This document shows positions 21,010 through 29,742 of a DNA stretch of 32,613 nucleotides, piece after piece; the stretch's first letter is position 1, and each line of letters begins with the position of its first letter. Position numbers and translations under genes: made by a program. The stretch lies in assembly GCA_033178465.1 (NCBI GenBank), contig GCA_033178465.1_4726.5. One strand, written 5' to 3'. The notes under the pieces were generated by a model that was given only the letters and a program-made list of their open reading frames with translations, ran no database searches and was not told the DNA's origin. The DNA is from a phage.

Positions 21010-21487
21010 CGACGAGCTGAAAGACGTCACGCATCTGTACTTAAACACATCGATGACGATTGATGAAATCGCACAACGGACAGGACGAACACGCGCCAGC
21101 ATCGACGCGCGTCTGGGACGTTTGGGAATACGTCAACGCCAAAAGCATCGACCTTATACGGAAGAAGAACGCGCGTACATCAAGTCCGTAATCAAACAAA
21201 AATCGCTGCGTGAGATCGCGTACGATTTAAACCGTTCGTATGACTCGGTTCGTCAGTTTATACGGCTTAACGGAATTCGTCGTGCATTAACCAAGCAAGA
21301 ACGGGAAGCGATCATCGCGTTTATCGCGGAACGACTTAACGTTACCCAAAATTGGAATGTTATTACGTACGACGTTGTTGTTAAATTTGGGATTACAACG
21401 AATAAACATGCGTTGTATCAACGTTGGTGTTACTACACGAAAAACAAAGGAGCTGCCTATGCGCAAATACCGTCGCTGGACAGATGA
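20984..21487 (+). CDS. Myb/SANT-like HTH repeat protein, array member 4
   Basis: Overlaps member 3 by 26 nt; PWRDDELKDVTHLY...; YTEEERAYIKSVIKQKSLREIAYDLNRSYDSVRQ; C-terminal LYQRWCYYTKNKG. Confidence 0.6.
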   Translation: MGRSQPWRDDELKDVTHLYLNTSMTIDEIAQRTGRTRASIDARLGRLGIRQRQKHRPYTEEERAYIKSVIKQKSLREIAYDLNRSYDSVRQFIRLNGIRRALTKQEREAIIAFIAERLNVTQNWNVITYDVVVKFGITTNKHALYQRWCYYTKNKGAAYAQIPSLDR

Positions 21488-21989
21488 GGAACTCTCACGC
21501 CTCGAGAATTACGCGGACCAGATACCCAGACCACCGGTTAGTGAGCTGGCTACTGTATTTCAACGCACAGAAAGCGCAATTAAGAATAAGTTGTATATGT
21601 TGTTCCCTTCGATGAGAACCAATGAGGCATATACGGACAACGAGATTTCCTATATTCGTGACAATATCCATAGATACTCGGTTAAACAACTGTCAAATCA
21701 TCTTGGTCGATCGAGAGCGAGTGTCGCCTCCGTAATACGACGACTCAAGCTACGACGATACGATCCAGATGAATGGTGCAAAATTTCAGACCGTATTACA
21801 GCACTTCGACGTGAAGGAGTTAACTGGAGAGAAGTTGCTCGCATTATCAGCGTCGAGTTCAAACGGGAGTACCGTCACACACATCTTTGTCAGCGTTACT
21901 ATTATAACACACGTGGTAAGAAATGGCTGCAGGTAAAGAATACACAACAACCGAAATCGCATTCATACGCCGAAACGCGGGCGTCATGA
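21459..21989 (+). CDS. Myb/SANT-like HTH repeat protein, array member 5
   Basis: Track ORF 21357 trimmed to the ATG at 21459, 6 nt after AAAGGAG; RWTDEELSRLENY...; YTDNEISYIRDNIHRYSVKQLSNHLGRSRASV. Confidence 0.6.
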   Translation: MRKYRRWTDEELSRLENYADQIPRPPVSELATVFQRTESAIKNKLYMLFPSMRTNEAYTDNEISYIRDNIHRYSVKQLSNHLGRSRASVASVIRRLKLRRYDPDEWCKISDRITALRREGVNWREVARIISVEFKREYRHTHLCQRYYYNTRGKKWLQVKNTQQPKSHSYAETRAS

Positions 21990-22429
21990 CATCGAAAGAA
22001 ATAGGTGAAGCGTTAGGACGGAGTCAGAGAGCAATTAGCGCGATTGCTTCAATGCTTAACATTAAACTGAGTCATCGTAATCGGAACGATATCTTATCGC
22101 GGGTTGTCCATTTACGTGATGGCGAGAACCGTCGGTGGCGGGAGATCATTACCATCATTCAGGATGAGTTTGACGTCACGTATTCCGAATCGGGACTACA
22201 GCGTGGATATCAACGTGTGAAGCTCACGACGATAAAGAACACCGATCCTACTCGTCTTCGTATGTTAAATGAAATCCATCGTTATCGGCAATACGATAAA
22301 CTTCCATGGAAAGAGGTGCAAAAACGTATCGAGGTACGTTACAACAAACATTATCAAATCACAACACTTTGTCAAATGTACCGACGTCATCGTAATCGAC
22401 TGTTAGGTAATGAGGGAATTTTAGCATGA
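21923..22429 (+). CDS. Myb/SANT-like HTH repeat protein, array member 6
   Basis: YTTTEIAFIRRNAGVMTSKEIGEALGRSQRAISAI repeat starts at the N-terminus, so the 21923 start (67-nt overlap) is preferred over the ATG at 21986. Confidence 0.5.
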   Translation: MAAGKEYTTTEIAFIRRNAGVMTSKEIGEALGRSQRAISAIASMLNIKLSHRNRNDILSRVVHLRDGENRRWREIITIIQDEFDVTYSESGLQRGYQRVKLTTIKNTDPTRLRMLNEIHRYRQYDKLPWKEVQKRIEVRYNKHYQITTLCQMYRRHRNRLLGNEGILA

Positions 22430-22959
22430 GCATCAAAACAGTAGTTATTAATGAACGGCCGTTCTATTGCGTTATCGCCTCAACGGCTGCCGATCCACAC
22501 CTTTACCCACATAAACGACAGATTCGTGAGTTGTACCGTATTCTCGACGATGTAGAATCAGAGGCATGGGCTACCACGTTTATGTTTGAGAATATCCCCG
22601 ATTTAAAACGCGAGTACGATGCTTTAGAATTAGAAAAGCGTTTACCGGATACTGCAATGTTGGTCGTTATGATCGATGCTATCGCTTCGATACCGGTAGG
22701 CCTCTTGGAAGTGAATACAGAGAGCCATATGGGCATTCATGACGTTACATCGATTATTGTAAAACCCGAATATCGCGGACGCGGGATCGGCCATGCCTTG
22801 ATGAACGAAGCACGTAACATCGCTTACCGATGCGGTGGTCATTCTATCGGTCTGGATGTTCGCGCCGACAATGATGAAGCCCAGGCGTTCTACGAGTCTG
22901 AGGGTTTCACGGTAAGATCGTCCTGGTTAACATCGTCCGTAAAACACAAAGGAGCTTAA
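22426..22959 (+). CDS. GNAT-family N-acetyltransferase
   Basis: Acetyl-CoA binding signature IIVKPEYRGRGIGHALM followed by AQAFYESEGF; ATGA overlap with upstream gene. Confidence 0.8.
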   Translation: MSIKTVVINERPFYCVIASTAADPHLYPHKRQIRELYRILDDVESEAWATTFMFENIPDLKREYDALELEKRLPDTAMLVVMIDAIASIPVGLLEVNTESHMGIHDVTSIIVKPEYRGRGIGHALMNEARNIAYRCGGHSIGLDVRADNDEAQAFYESEGFTVRSSWLTSSVKHKGA

Positions 22960-22960
22960 C

Positions 22961-23389
22961 ATGAGCTGGTTCGATCGTAAATTCTTCACGTTGGAAGAAG
23001 TCTTGGACCTACCTTGCGACGCGAATAAGGAAAAGATCGCCGACATGCAACGAATCGCACTAACTCACGCGATTAATGATGTCTCACAGTTCTCTATCGG
23101 TGATCGTGTTGAGCTTCCGTTCGGAACCGGAGAAGAAGGAGATAACACAGCGGTTAAATTCGTTCCCGCCGTTGTCGTGGGTGTCCATTTCACGACATCA
23201 CAAGTCAGTTATGATCTTGCGATACCTATCGATGGTTGTGACTTGTTTATGGTCTTCAACAATTTCCGTGGTGATATGCGTACGATAGACGGAAGCAATG
23301 CGACCGATTTCATCGAGAAACGTGTTGCCGAAGCGTTGGTGAAGAAAACGCTCGGTACACCGAATCTTAAAGTTATTGAAAATGAATAA
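22961..23389 (+). CDS. hypothetical protein
   Basis: Track ORF; AAGGAG 7 nt upstream of ATG. Confidence 0.55.
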   Translation: MSWFDRKFFTLEEVLDLPCDANKEKIADMQRIALTHAINDVSQFSIGDRVELPFGTGEEGDNTAVKFVPAVVVGVHFTTSQVSYDLAIPIDGCDLFMVFNNFRGDMRTIDGSNATDFIEKRVAEALVKKTLGTPNLKVIENE

Positions 23390-23394
23390 TCGTA

Positions 23395-23413
23395 CCCTCC
23401 CGACATGGGAGGG
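23395..23413 (+). terminator. GC stem-loop (CCCTCCC-GACAT-GGGAGGG) followed by CTTATGCCG; terminator-like or regulatory
   Basis: 7-bp stem 6 nt after the stop at 23389; same architecture as the hairpins at 819 and 30254. Confidence 0.4.
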
Positions 23414-23437
23414 CTTATGCCGATAAAAGGAAACAAA

Positions 23438-24088
23438 ATGAACGATGTTATCGCATTACTCACGCAAGGCGAAACCAAAATGCCGTTGCCGTACCAGCAG
23501 CTTGCTGCTATCTTAGAACCGATGACGCACCATCAACAATGGATTGTCCGTGAAGAATATACCCAACACGTCGGATGGTCGTTGTTAACCATGGATACCG
23601 CGCTCCAGTTAGCAAACATCTGTTACGGGCGACGTGTTGCTGACCTGGGTTGTGGGACAGGTTACCTGACCTATGTGTTGCGTAAACTTGGTGTTGAGGA
23701 CATTACCGCTTACGATACGGAATTACATCCCCACCCGTTTATCGAGGACATTCAGCAAGCCGACTACACAAACATCGATCTTTCACAGTACGACGTTATT
23801 CTACTGTCATGGCCACCTTACGACGAACCACAAGCTGCATTGGTTGCCGCACGTATCCAACCTCACCAGCTTTTGGTCTATCAGGGTGAAGGATACGGAG
23901 GCTGCACTGGAGATGACACCTTCCATTCGATGCTTCGTTCGGATTTTGCCTCTGTGGAAGAATTTACTGTGAACTTAAATGCACGCCATTTGAACTTTTA
24001 CGGTATATACGACTCATGGGAGGTTTATCGCAAGCAATCAGAATTTACAAAACAAAAGGATGATTTGGAAGATATGCGTCATGAATGA
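23438..24088 (+). CDS. class I SAM-dependent methyltransferase, small amino-methyltransferase-like with PPY motif
   Basis: Track ORF 23405 trimmed to the ATG at 23438 after AAAGGA; motif I VADLGCGTGYL, acidic motif II ITAYDTE, motif IV LLSWPPY. Confidence 0.75.
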   Translation: MNDVIALLTQGETKMPLPYQQLAAILEPMTHHQQWIVREEYTQHVGWSLLTMDTALQLANICYGRRVADLGCGTGYLTYVLRKLGVEDITAYDTELHPHPFIEDIQQADYTNIDLSQYDVILLSWPPYDEPQAALVAARIQPHQLLVYQGEGYGGCTGDDTFHSMLRSDFASVEEFTVNLNARHLNFYGIYDSWEVYRKQSEFTKQKDDLEDMRHE

Positions 24089-24113
24089 AGGAAAAGAAAT
24101 GGAGGACCGTTTT

Positions 24114-24785
24114 ATGTTAATCGTAACTAGCAGACAGGAAGTATCTGACTGGCTTAACACTCATCTTAACGCTAACGCCTCCCCAGGGGGCGTTGTGATC
24201 AATCCCGTTTATAATGGGCTGCCGTTCAAAGCTCGATATGAACGAGGTGCGTTGGTATCTGCGAAAGTGAATGACGTCTCATTAAATCCAGAACATGCTT
24301 TACGCGTATTTCGTATTCCGTTAACGATCAATTATCGCGGTTTAGCAAAAGTGATGGTCGTTTCTGGTACGGTATGTAAATACGCTGAAGCGTCTATCGA
24401 TGATTTTCATAATGGGGTAAGACACTTTAGTGCGGTCGCTGTAGGTTATCCTGAAGCTGATCGGGTTGAGGTTATCGAACAGGGATCTACAGCTATTCCG
24501 TCCGACGTGTTTAAACTGCGTTGTTTGTTCGAGACTTGGCGATTAGCCAGCTTCAAACAGTCGCGAATCGTTCCTCATCGAACCGTATCGGATGCGCTAC
24601 GGCAGCTTGATGTGATCGTCGCAACGTTAAATCGGACAAAAGGTATTTCTGCGTTGTTGTTCTCGTTGAACAGTCCAGACGACCGTTCACGAACGCAGAA
24701 TCCAGACTGTGTGTTCTTAACCCCGGAAGGAGTTATCCATGGTTTACCGAAGAAGTCTCTGGAAGATAAGATGGCAACGTCTTAA
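24114..24785 (+). CDS. hypothetical protein
   Basis: Track ORF 24060 trimmed to the ATG at 24114, 7 nt after GGAGGA; in-frame ATGs at 24081 and 24099 are alternatives. Confidence 0.5.
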   Translation: MLIVTSRQEVSDWLNTHLNANASPGGVVINPVYNGLPFKARYERGALVSAKVNDVSLNPEHALRVFRIPLTINYRGLAKVMVVSGTVCKYAEASIDDFHNGVRHFSAVAVGYPEADRVEVIEQGSTAIPSDVFKLRCLFETWRLASFKQSRIVPHRTVSDALRQLDVIVATLNRTKGISALLFSLNSPDDRSRTQNPDCVFLTPEGVIHGLPKKSLEDKMATS

Positions 24786-24829
24786 GTGGTTATGTAAAGA
24801 GAAATGGAAAAAGATAAAGAGGGCTTTAA

Positions 24830-25429
24830 ATGACAGTGGTGAGTATTACTGAGCCGCGGTTTATCCGCGAAGTTATCGACCGTCGTCGATCGGTGATCGT
24901 TGCTTACGGACGAATGGAAAGTACCGCACCTCAAGAACTTTGCGTGCTATTCCAGGGGTGTTTCATACACCGACAGGAAGGCCATAAGGGTAAAATCGTC
25001 CCTAGTGATTTGATTAAAGCAATGCGTAAGATAGATGTTGAACAACGCAAGCTGAATCTATCGCATCGTCTGCCTCCCCTCGATGAGGCCGAAGCCAAAG
25101 ACTTCGCAGATCGGGTTATGAAATCAGCTATCGTTCAGTACTTCGGAAACATGCCAAGCAAACGTAATAAAGCTTTACGTGTTGAATCCGATCAGCTGTT
25201 GCATTGGAATTCGAAAGCGTTCCGATTCGAAGAGGTGTTCTTACCCACTTTCGGTAAACGGCTGGCGTGGGACTTCTCAACAGAGTATGTTTACAACGGC
25301 GACATCCCGCCAGAAATACAACATAAGAAAGGGAAAGCACTAGAAGAGCAAACAGAAGCTGCAGTCATCGAACAGGTTTACCAGCGTCTGACATTCTGGT
25401 TGTTCGGACCAATACTGGAACCTAAGTAA
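24830..25429 (+). CDS. hypothetical protein
   Basis: Track ORF; AGAGGG 7 nt upstream of ATG. Confidence 0.55.
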   Translation: MTVVSITEPRFIREVIDRRRSVIVAYGRMESTAPQELCVLFQGCFIHRQEGHKGKIVPSDLIKAMRKIDVEQRKLNLSHRLPPLDEAEAKDFADRVMKSAIVQYFGNMPSKRNKALRVESDQLLHWNSKAFRFEEVFLPTFGKRLAWDFSTEYVYNGDIPPEIQHKKGKALEEQTEAAVIEQVYQRLTFWLFGPILEPK

Positions 25430-25510
25430 AAAAAAACATTACACACCAAATAACTTTTTAATACCCGGTAAATCCTCCTTATCTAAACATATTTCAAAAG
25501 GACAGTAATC

Positions 25511-25957
25511 ATGCAAATTACAAAAGCAGAACGTATCGAAATTTTCAAAACCACAAAAACCAACGAACAGAATCGAATCGCTAACAATACTCGACTGGTT
25601 GCTCGAATGTTGCGTGCAGGCTACGAGCAAGCCTCTCGATTTACCAGCCACTTAAAGCAGACCGGCATTGCTTATTACGACGAAGATAAAGATATTCTGA
25701 TTTACACCGGATGGATCGAAAACCATTGCTGGTGCGATCATGGACATGCGATAATGCACCTGCTCCCAAGCGGTAACGTTAGCGTAACGTTTACACTAAC
25801 GCCGTTGATGGTACGTCGTGCATTCCGCATGAATAACTTCATGGAGCTGCAGGCGTATGTTCCGGTAGCCGCCAAAATGGTATTACCGACGATCCATGAT
25901 TGCACGGATATCGTATTCGATGGAAAAGACCTATCCGTCACGTACTATTTAGATTGA
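25511..25957 (+). CDS. hypothetical protein
   Basis: Track ORF; AAGGA upstream; preceded by an 80-nt AT-rich intergenic region. Confidence 0.55.
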   Translation: MQITKAERIEIFKTTKTNEQNRIANNTRLVARMLRAGYEQASRFTSHLKQTGIAYYDEDKDILIYTGWIENHCWCDHGHAIMHLLPSGNVSVTFTLTPLMVRRAFRMNNFMELQAYVPVAAKMVLPTIHDCTDIVFDGKDLSVTYYLD

Positions 25958-25964
25958 GGGAAAG

Positions 25965-26921
25965 ATGATGGCTGCGCTAACGCCCAGATACTTCACCTTC
26001 GTTTGCGGTAATAAACCGAAATTCAGTTACAGTGATGATATCCATCGCATGCTACGTAACCGCGTAGCAAAAGTGCTGATTGCACTCATTTCGGAGCGTT
26101 ACGGGTTTGGTCTCGATTACCCCAAAGAAGGAGGTCGACTGGCTGCCCCGTTACCACCGAATGATCATCCGTTACGCCCGTTAGTAGATACGGTGATTCT
26201 TCCACTGTTCACTGAACAGACACCCCTAACAAAAAGTTTATGTCGTCATTTGCTCTATGATTACAGTGTGCTGTGGGAGCCATTACGTACGATGCAACCA
26301 CCGCGTAATTTAGGCGTATTTGACAAGTATGAAATATCAGCCATTGTTAATCTGCTTGGTGGTGAACAGGCTTTAGGTTGGCACGTTGTCGACGAACTTA
26401 CGATAAGTTGGGAGGTGAGTAACGTCACAGATTACGATATAGACCGTAAACAAATCTGTCTTTGGGAGCATACCGGCCCGACAGTGCAAGAACTGCTCGA
26501 TATGCCCAATCTCTTCTACACGGGAGTGTTACGGGGTTATCGGCCCGGGGATAAGGACTTCTACCTCGAAAATCATCGATGGTTAACACGATACGGGCAC
26601 ACTTTAACCTACCCAAAACTTGAAGAAATGGGTAATAATGTTTGGTGTATCCGTAATTTAGCCATTCTTCCGGATAACGAGCATTTTGCGAAAATACTTG
26701 CAGATAAAGGAGGTACGGAAGATATTTACAGCGTGTGTTTTGATTTAGGCGTCGCCTGTATCTTTCGTATCGCTGACGTCGGAGGGAGTCCACGCATCGA
26801 GATGGTTGAACGTTATCGTTGGACAGAAGGTGCGATACCACCTGATGAAATACTCAAACTTTTCCCTGAGGTTGTGGTTAAACGGATTAATGAGATCCAA
26901 CCCTACTTAGCAAAAGCGTGA
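25965..26921 (+). CDS. hypothetical protein
   Basis: Track ORF; GAGGGA upstream of ATG; 318 aa. Confidence 0.55.
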   Translation: MMAALTPRYFTFVCGNKPKFSYSDDIHRMLRNRVAKVLIALISERYGFGLDYPKEGGRLAAPLPPNDHPLRPLVDTVILPLFTEQTPLTKSLCRHLLYDYSVLWEPLRTMQPPRNLGVFDKYEISAIVNLLGGEQALGWHVVDELTISWEVSNVTDYDIDRKQICLWEHTGPTVQELLDMPNLFYTGVLRGYRPGDKDFYLENHRWLTRYGHTLTYPKLEEMGNNVWCIRNLAILPDNEHFAKILADKGGTEDIYSVCFDLGVACIFRIADVGGSPRIEMVERYRWTEGAIPPDEILKLFPEVVVKRINEIQPYLAKA

Positions 26922-26958
26922 ATAGGTTAATACATTAATTTTCACGGCTATATTACTT

Positions 26959-26989
26959 AGGTGAAGCAATGCAGTAATCAGCTTCACCT
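26959..26989 (+). terminator. stem-loop (AGGTGAAGC / GCTTCACCT) with 13-nt loop
   Basis: 9-bp perfect stem in the 108-nt gap after 25965..26921; no U-tract. Confidence 0.35.
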
Positions 26990-27029
26990 TGAACTATTAG
27001 CAACCAATCCGATATAAGAGGATGTCAAG

Positions 27030-27347
27030 ATGAGTATGTTTAAAATGGCTGTATTTGCTATTCGTAATAATCGCGATATCTTAGGTCATTTGGAAGCTGA
27101 CGCTGAAGGAACACTGATTCGTTTCATGCGTCGTGTTAAAGAAGCCTTTGATAATCGCGAGTATCTCGTGGAAGTTGTTGAGGACCTTCCACCGAACTCG
27201 ATGCGTTTTGTCGCTATCGATGGATCTGCAACCGACATCCGTTTCATCACCGTTAACGGAACAATGATGATGTTTTCGGGCGATGATACTGTTACAGGGC
27301 TGTTTCCAATCGTAACGGTTCTGGGTCATTTCTTACGTGCAAACTAA
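27030..27347 (+). CDS. hypothetical protein
   Basis: Track ORF; AAGAGGA upstream of ATG. Confidence 0.55.
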   Translation: MSMFKMAVFAIRNNRDILGHLEADAEGTLIRFMRRVKEAFDNREYLVEVVEDLPPNSMRFVAIDGSATDIRFITVNGTMMMFSGDDTVTGLFPIVTVLGHFLRAN

Positions 27348-27351
27348 TCAG

Positions 27352-27370
27352 GTCCCCCTAAATGGGGGGC
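27352..27370 (+). terminator. GC stem-loop (CCCCC-TAAAT-GGGGG core) followed by TTTATACCG and T-rich sequence
   Basis: 5-7 bp G/C stem 5 nt after the stop at 27347, followed by CTTTATACCGATTTTATTT. Confidence 0.45.
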
Positions 27371-27405
27371 TTTATACCGATTTTATTTCAATAAGGATCT
27401 TTATC

Positions 27406-27828
27406 ATGAAACTGTTCAAAAATATCGTATTCGCTATCGTCACCACTCTGGCTTTTGTTAGCACGCAAGCACAGGCTAACTGGATGGCTCGTGGGAATAA
27501 CTGCTACGCCTACAGCGAAGACGGTCGTTATCAGATTGGTATCTCCGATCGCTCGCTTGTTGTCATGGGTCAATTTCAATGCAGTGCGCACTATCCGATG
27601 TCTGATACCGTAGGAATCAATGGACGTGTATACCAAGCATTGAATATCTGCAGTCCTGACATGCGTTTGATTCCGGTTATTAGCCTTGCGAATACAGATC
27701 AAGCTGCTAATGCAATCGCCAGCCTTAAAGAAGCACGTCGTGCGCGTATTCGTGCGTTTAACGAAACCATCATCGTAAATACCGATGATATTCAGGCATG
27801 CGCTAACAGTGTAGCGGCCGTACGTTAA
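27406..27828 (+). CDS. secreted protein with signal peptide
   Basis: Track ORF 27337 trimmed to the ATG at 27406 after AAGGAT; N-terminus MKLFKNIVFAIVTTLAFVSTQAQA-N is a typical Sec signal. Confidence 0.6.
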   Translation: MKLFKNIVFAIVTTLAFVSTQAQANWMARGNNCYAYSEDGRYQIGISDRSLVVMGQFQCSAHYPMSDTVGINGRVYQALNICSPDMRLIPVISLANTDQAANAIASLKEARRARIRAFNETIIVNTDDIQACANSVAAVR

Positions 27829-27866
27829 TACTAAATTGGTTTATTTAAGTTATTAAGGAAACGATC

Positions 27867-28217
27867 ATGAAAACGTTAACTAAATTGTTTGTTGCTGTTG
27901 CTATTCTGTTCAGTAGTGTTGTCGGTTCAGCGCAGGCTGGGTTGCTGGATAGCCCAGAAGTTTACGATAAAGCAAAAGCAATCTACATGGCCATGGAGAG
28001 CATGACGCCAGCAGACCTTGAAGAATGCGGTGTTGATTTCGGTATCCCGAAAGAACTCCCTGGAGTTAAGAACCCTACCAACCCCAGCGTGAAATTGAAA
28101 GTGGCAGACTTCGAAGTTTTCAACCCCTCTTTCAAGACCTACGCGCGGGTTCGTATACTTGTTGATCCAGCAACCGGTGTTGTTCAGGGCGGTGAATATC
28201 TCTATCTGGGTAAATAA
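27867..28217 (+). CDS. secreted protein with signal peptide
   Basis: AAGGA 8 nt upstream; N-terminus MKTLTKLFVAVAILFSSVVGSAQA-G. Confidence 0.6.
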   Translation: MKTLTKLFVAVAILFSSVVGSAQAGLLDSPEVYDKAKAIYMAMESMTPADLEECGVDFGIPKELPGVKNPTNPSVKLKVADFEVFNPSFKTYARVRILVDPATGVVQGGEYLYLGK

Positions 28218-28235
28218 TTGAGTAAGGACAATACG

Positions 28236-28445
28236 ATGATTCCAGCTAACCCTCTTTTAAGTCTCAATCCTTTCCATAGCAATCCTGGTGTCGATCCGAT
28301 ACAGCCTGCTTTTTTATCACAGTTCCAGGCTGATTATGATGGCGATGTGGTAACTCGAACCCGTATCCGTCTGTTGAATCACCGCAAGAAAGGCCCAGGT
28401 AAAGGCAAAGTAAAAATCATTCAACGTTTAATCTCTTATGTATAA
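28236..28445 (+). CDS. small basic protein, KKGPxKGK family
   Basis: Track ORF 28218 (TTG) trimmed to the ATG at 28236 after TAAGGA; contains HRKKGPGKGKVKII, same patch as the 10532-11098 trio. Confidence 0.45.
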   Translation: MIPANPLLSLNPFHSNPGVDPIQPAFLSQFQADYDGDVVTRTRIRLLNHRKKGPGKGKVKIIQRLISYV

Positions 28446-28464
28446 ACCAACATTGTTCGATAAG

Positions 28465-28486
28465 TGCCGCCTACATATGGGCGGCA
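28465..28486 (+). terminator. stem-loop (TGCCGCC / GGCGGCA, 8-nt loop)
   Basis: 7-bp GC-rich stem 20 nt after the stop at 28445. Confidence 0.35.
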
Positions 28487-28618
28487 TTGCTCTGGTCTTT
28501 ATGTTGTACAACAGTTGTCAAGGAGGTATGTGGGTACGTGCGTTATTAATCGCACTCGCGTTAGCGGTGTTTCTAAAATTTGAATCATCGCTTTATCAGA
28601 AAAAGTAAGAAGGAGTTC

Positions 28619-28813
28619 ATGATGGGACATATGCTACTACGGGGATTAACGGGGATGGTTTTAGCATGGATGGTGATTGGGTTTTGTGGGATGATGTTCT
28701 TCATGGTAGATGAACCGGCTGCCCGAATTAACGTAGGGTTATGGTTCGTCTTCCTGATGATAGCGGTATTCGTTATCGTTACCTTGTTGAGGAATGTAGG
28801 AAAACACAAATAA
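28619..28813 (+). CDS. small membrane protein, two predicted TM helices (holin-like size class)
   Basis: Track ORF 28580 trimmed to the ATG after AAGGAG; hydrophobic stretches GLTGMVLAWMVIGFCGMMFFMV and LWFVFLMIAVFVIVTLL. Confidence 0.5.
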   Translation: MMGHMLLRGLTGMVLAWMVIGFCGMMFFMVDEPAARINVGLWFVFLMIAVFVIVTLLRNVGKHK

Positions 28814-28829
28814 ACGATCGGGAAAAGCC

Positions 28830-29201
28830 ATGAGTTTAAAGACATACGCAAAAATCTATTTCATTTTCACTTTTATAATGATTGGGATTTCTGCAACGAA
28901 TATCGATTTTGAAACAACGACGGAACGCGTTTATTACGTTATCCGAACCATCGTTTGTGTTATAGGGCAGCTTCCCCTTTTGTATATTTGTACGTGGTCG
29001 ACGCGTAACATCAGACGGTTTGTCGTGTATGGGTTCGCGTACGTTCTTTTCATGCTTGTTATGTGGCAGGTCGATGCTCGACTGAGTGATATCGCAAATA
29101 TCATCGCAACGGCGATCCTCAGTGCAACAAGCTGGTGTTTATTTTTACCGATGTGTCGTCGTGTCGAGGATGAAGGTTATGGGTATCACGGAGAATCTTA
29201 A
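28830..29201 (+). CDS. membrane protein, 3-4 predicted TM helices
   Basis: Track ORF; hydrophobic segments IYFIFTFIMIGI, IRTIVCVIGQLPLLYI, FVVYGFAYVLFMLVMW, IIATAILSATSWCLFL. Confidence 0.55.
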   Translation: MSLKTYAKIYFIFTFIMIGISATNIDFETTTERVYYVIRTIVCVIGQLPLLYICTWSTRNIRRFVVYGFAYVLFMLVMWQVDARLSDIANIIATAILSATSWCLFLPMCRRVEDEGYGYHGES

Positions 29202-29490
29202 GTTAACTAATCGCATCCTTGTCGATAGAGAAGTTGTTTTACGCGAGATACGAAGCGTGATGGCGATCTTTAATCTGGATCATCGATCCGCCATTATGTC
29301 TATTCTCTTGAATAAAACAACCTTTAATATCCGGGAGATACGTCGTATTCACAACGGTGTGGAGCGACGGCATAAATTAAGCGACGAACTCGTACATTGC
29401 GAGTTTATACCACATCAAGTCTATCGACGTATTTATCGCGATCCGTATGTTCGGGATAAATACAACCTATGGCTTGACGGTAGAGGTTAA
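29170..29490 (+). CDS. hypothetical protein
   Basis: Track ORF 29086..29490 trimmed to the first ATG near the end of the upstream gene; start uncertain (also ATG at 29179). Confidence 0.35.
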   Translation: MKVMGITENLKLTNRILVDREVVLREIRSVMAIFNLDHRSAIMSILLNKTTFNIREIRRIHNGVERRHKLSDELVHCEFIPHQVYRRIYRDPYVRDKYNLWLDGRG

Positions 29491-29507
29491 CATCTTTGAG
29501 AAACTAT

Positions 29508-29675
29508 ATGAATTCAAACGATGTACACCTTTACCGCGTTGGATACGGGAAATGGGTTCTGTTATCCAACGTTATGTTTATTGCCAAACCAGAGGAGACC
29601 GTATTTTCAGTACCGTTTATTTCTGTCGTGGATGTCGGGCAAACATCTGACGCTAACCTGCTGCCCGCTGAATAG
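29508..29675 (+). CDS. hypothetical small protein (55 aa); not in ORF track
   Basis: Hand translation MNSNDVHLYRVGYGKWVLLSNVMFIAKPEETVFSVPFISVVDVGQTSDANLLPAE; alternative to overlapping track ORF 29447..29650 in another frame. Confidence 0.3.
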   Translation: MNSNDVHLYRVGYGKWVLLSNVMFIAKPEETVFSVPFISVVDVGQTSDANLLPAE

Positions 29676-29742
29676 AACAACCCGATGACGGGATGCGTTA
29701 TCAAGACGCCAGTGGACAGCACCTTATCGTGAGGTTATTAAG

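Noticed and set aside
28201-28260. Apparent frameshift at the end of 27867-28217
   Set aside because: My hand reading of this sequence line is offset by one base relative to the ORF track; the track translation is self-consistent, so this is a reading artefact, not a pseudogene.
28508-28590. 26-codon hydrophobic ORF (MWVRALLIALALAVFLKFESSLYQKK) after AAGGAGG
   Set aside because: The ATG is only 1 nt from the Shine-Dalgarno, too close for normal initiation; possibly a real micro-ORF but not supportable.
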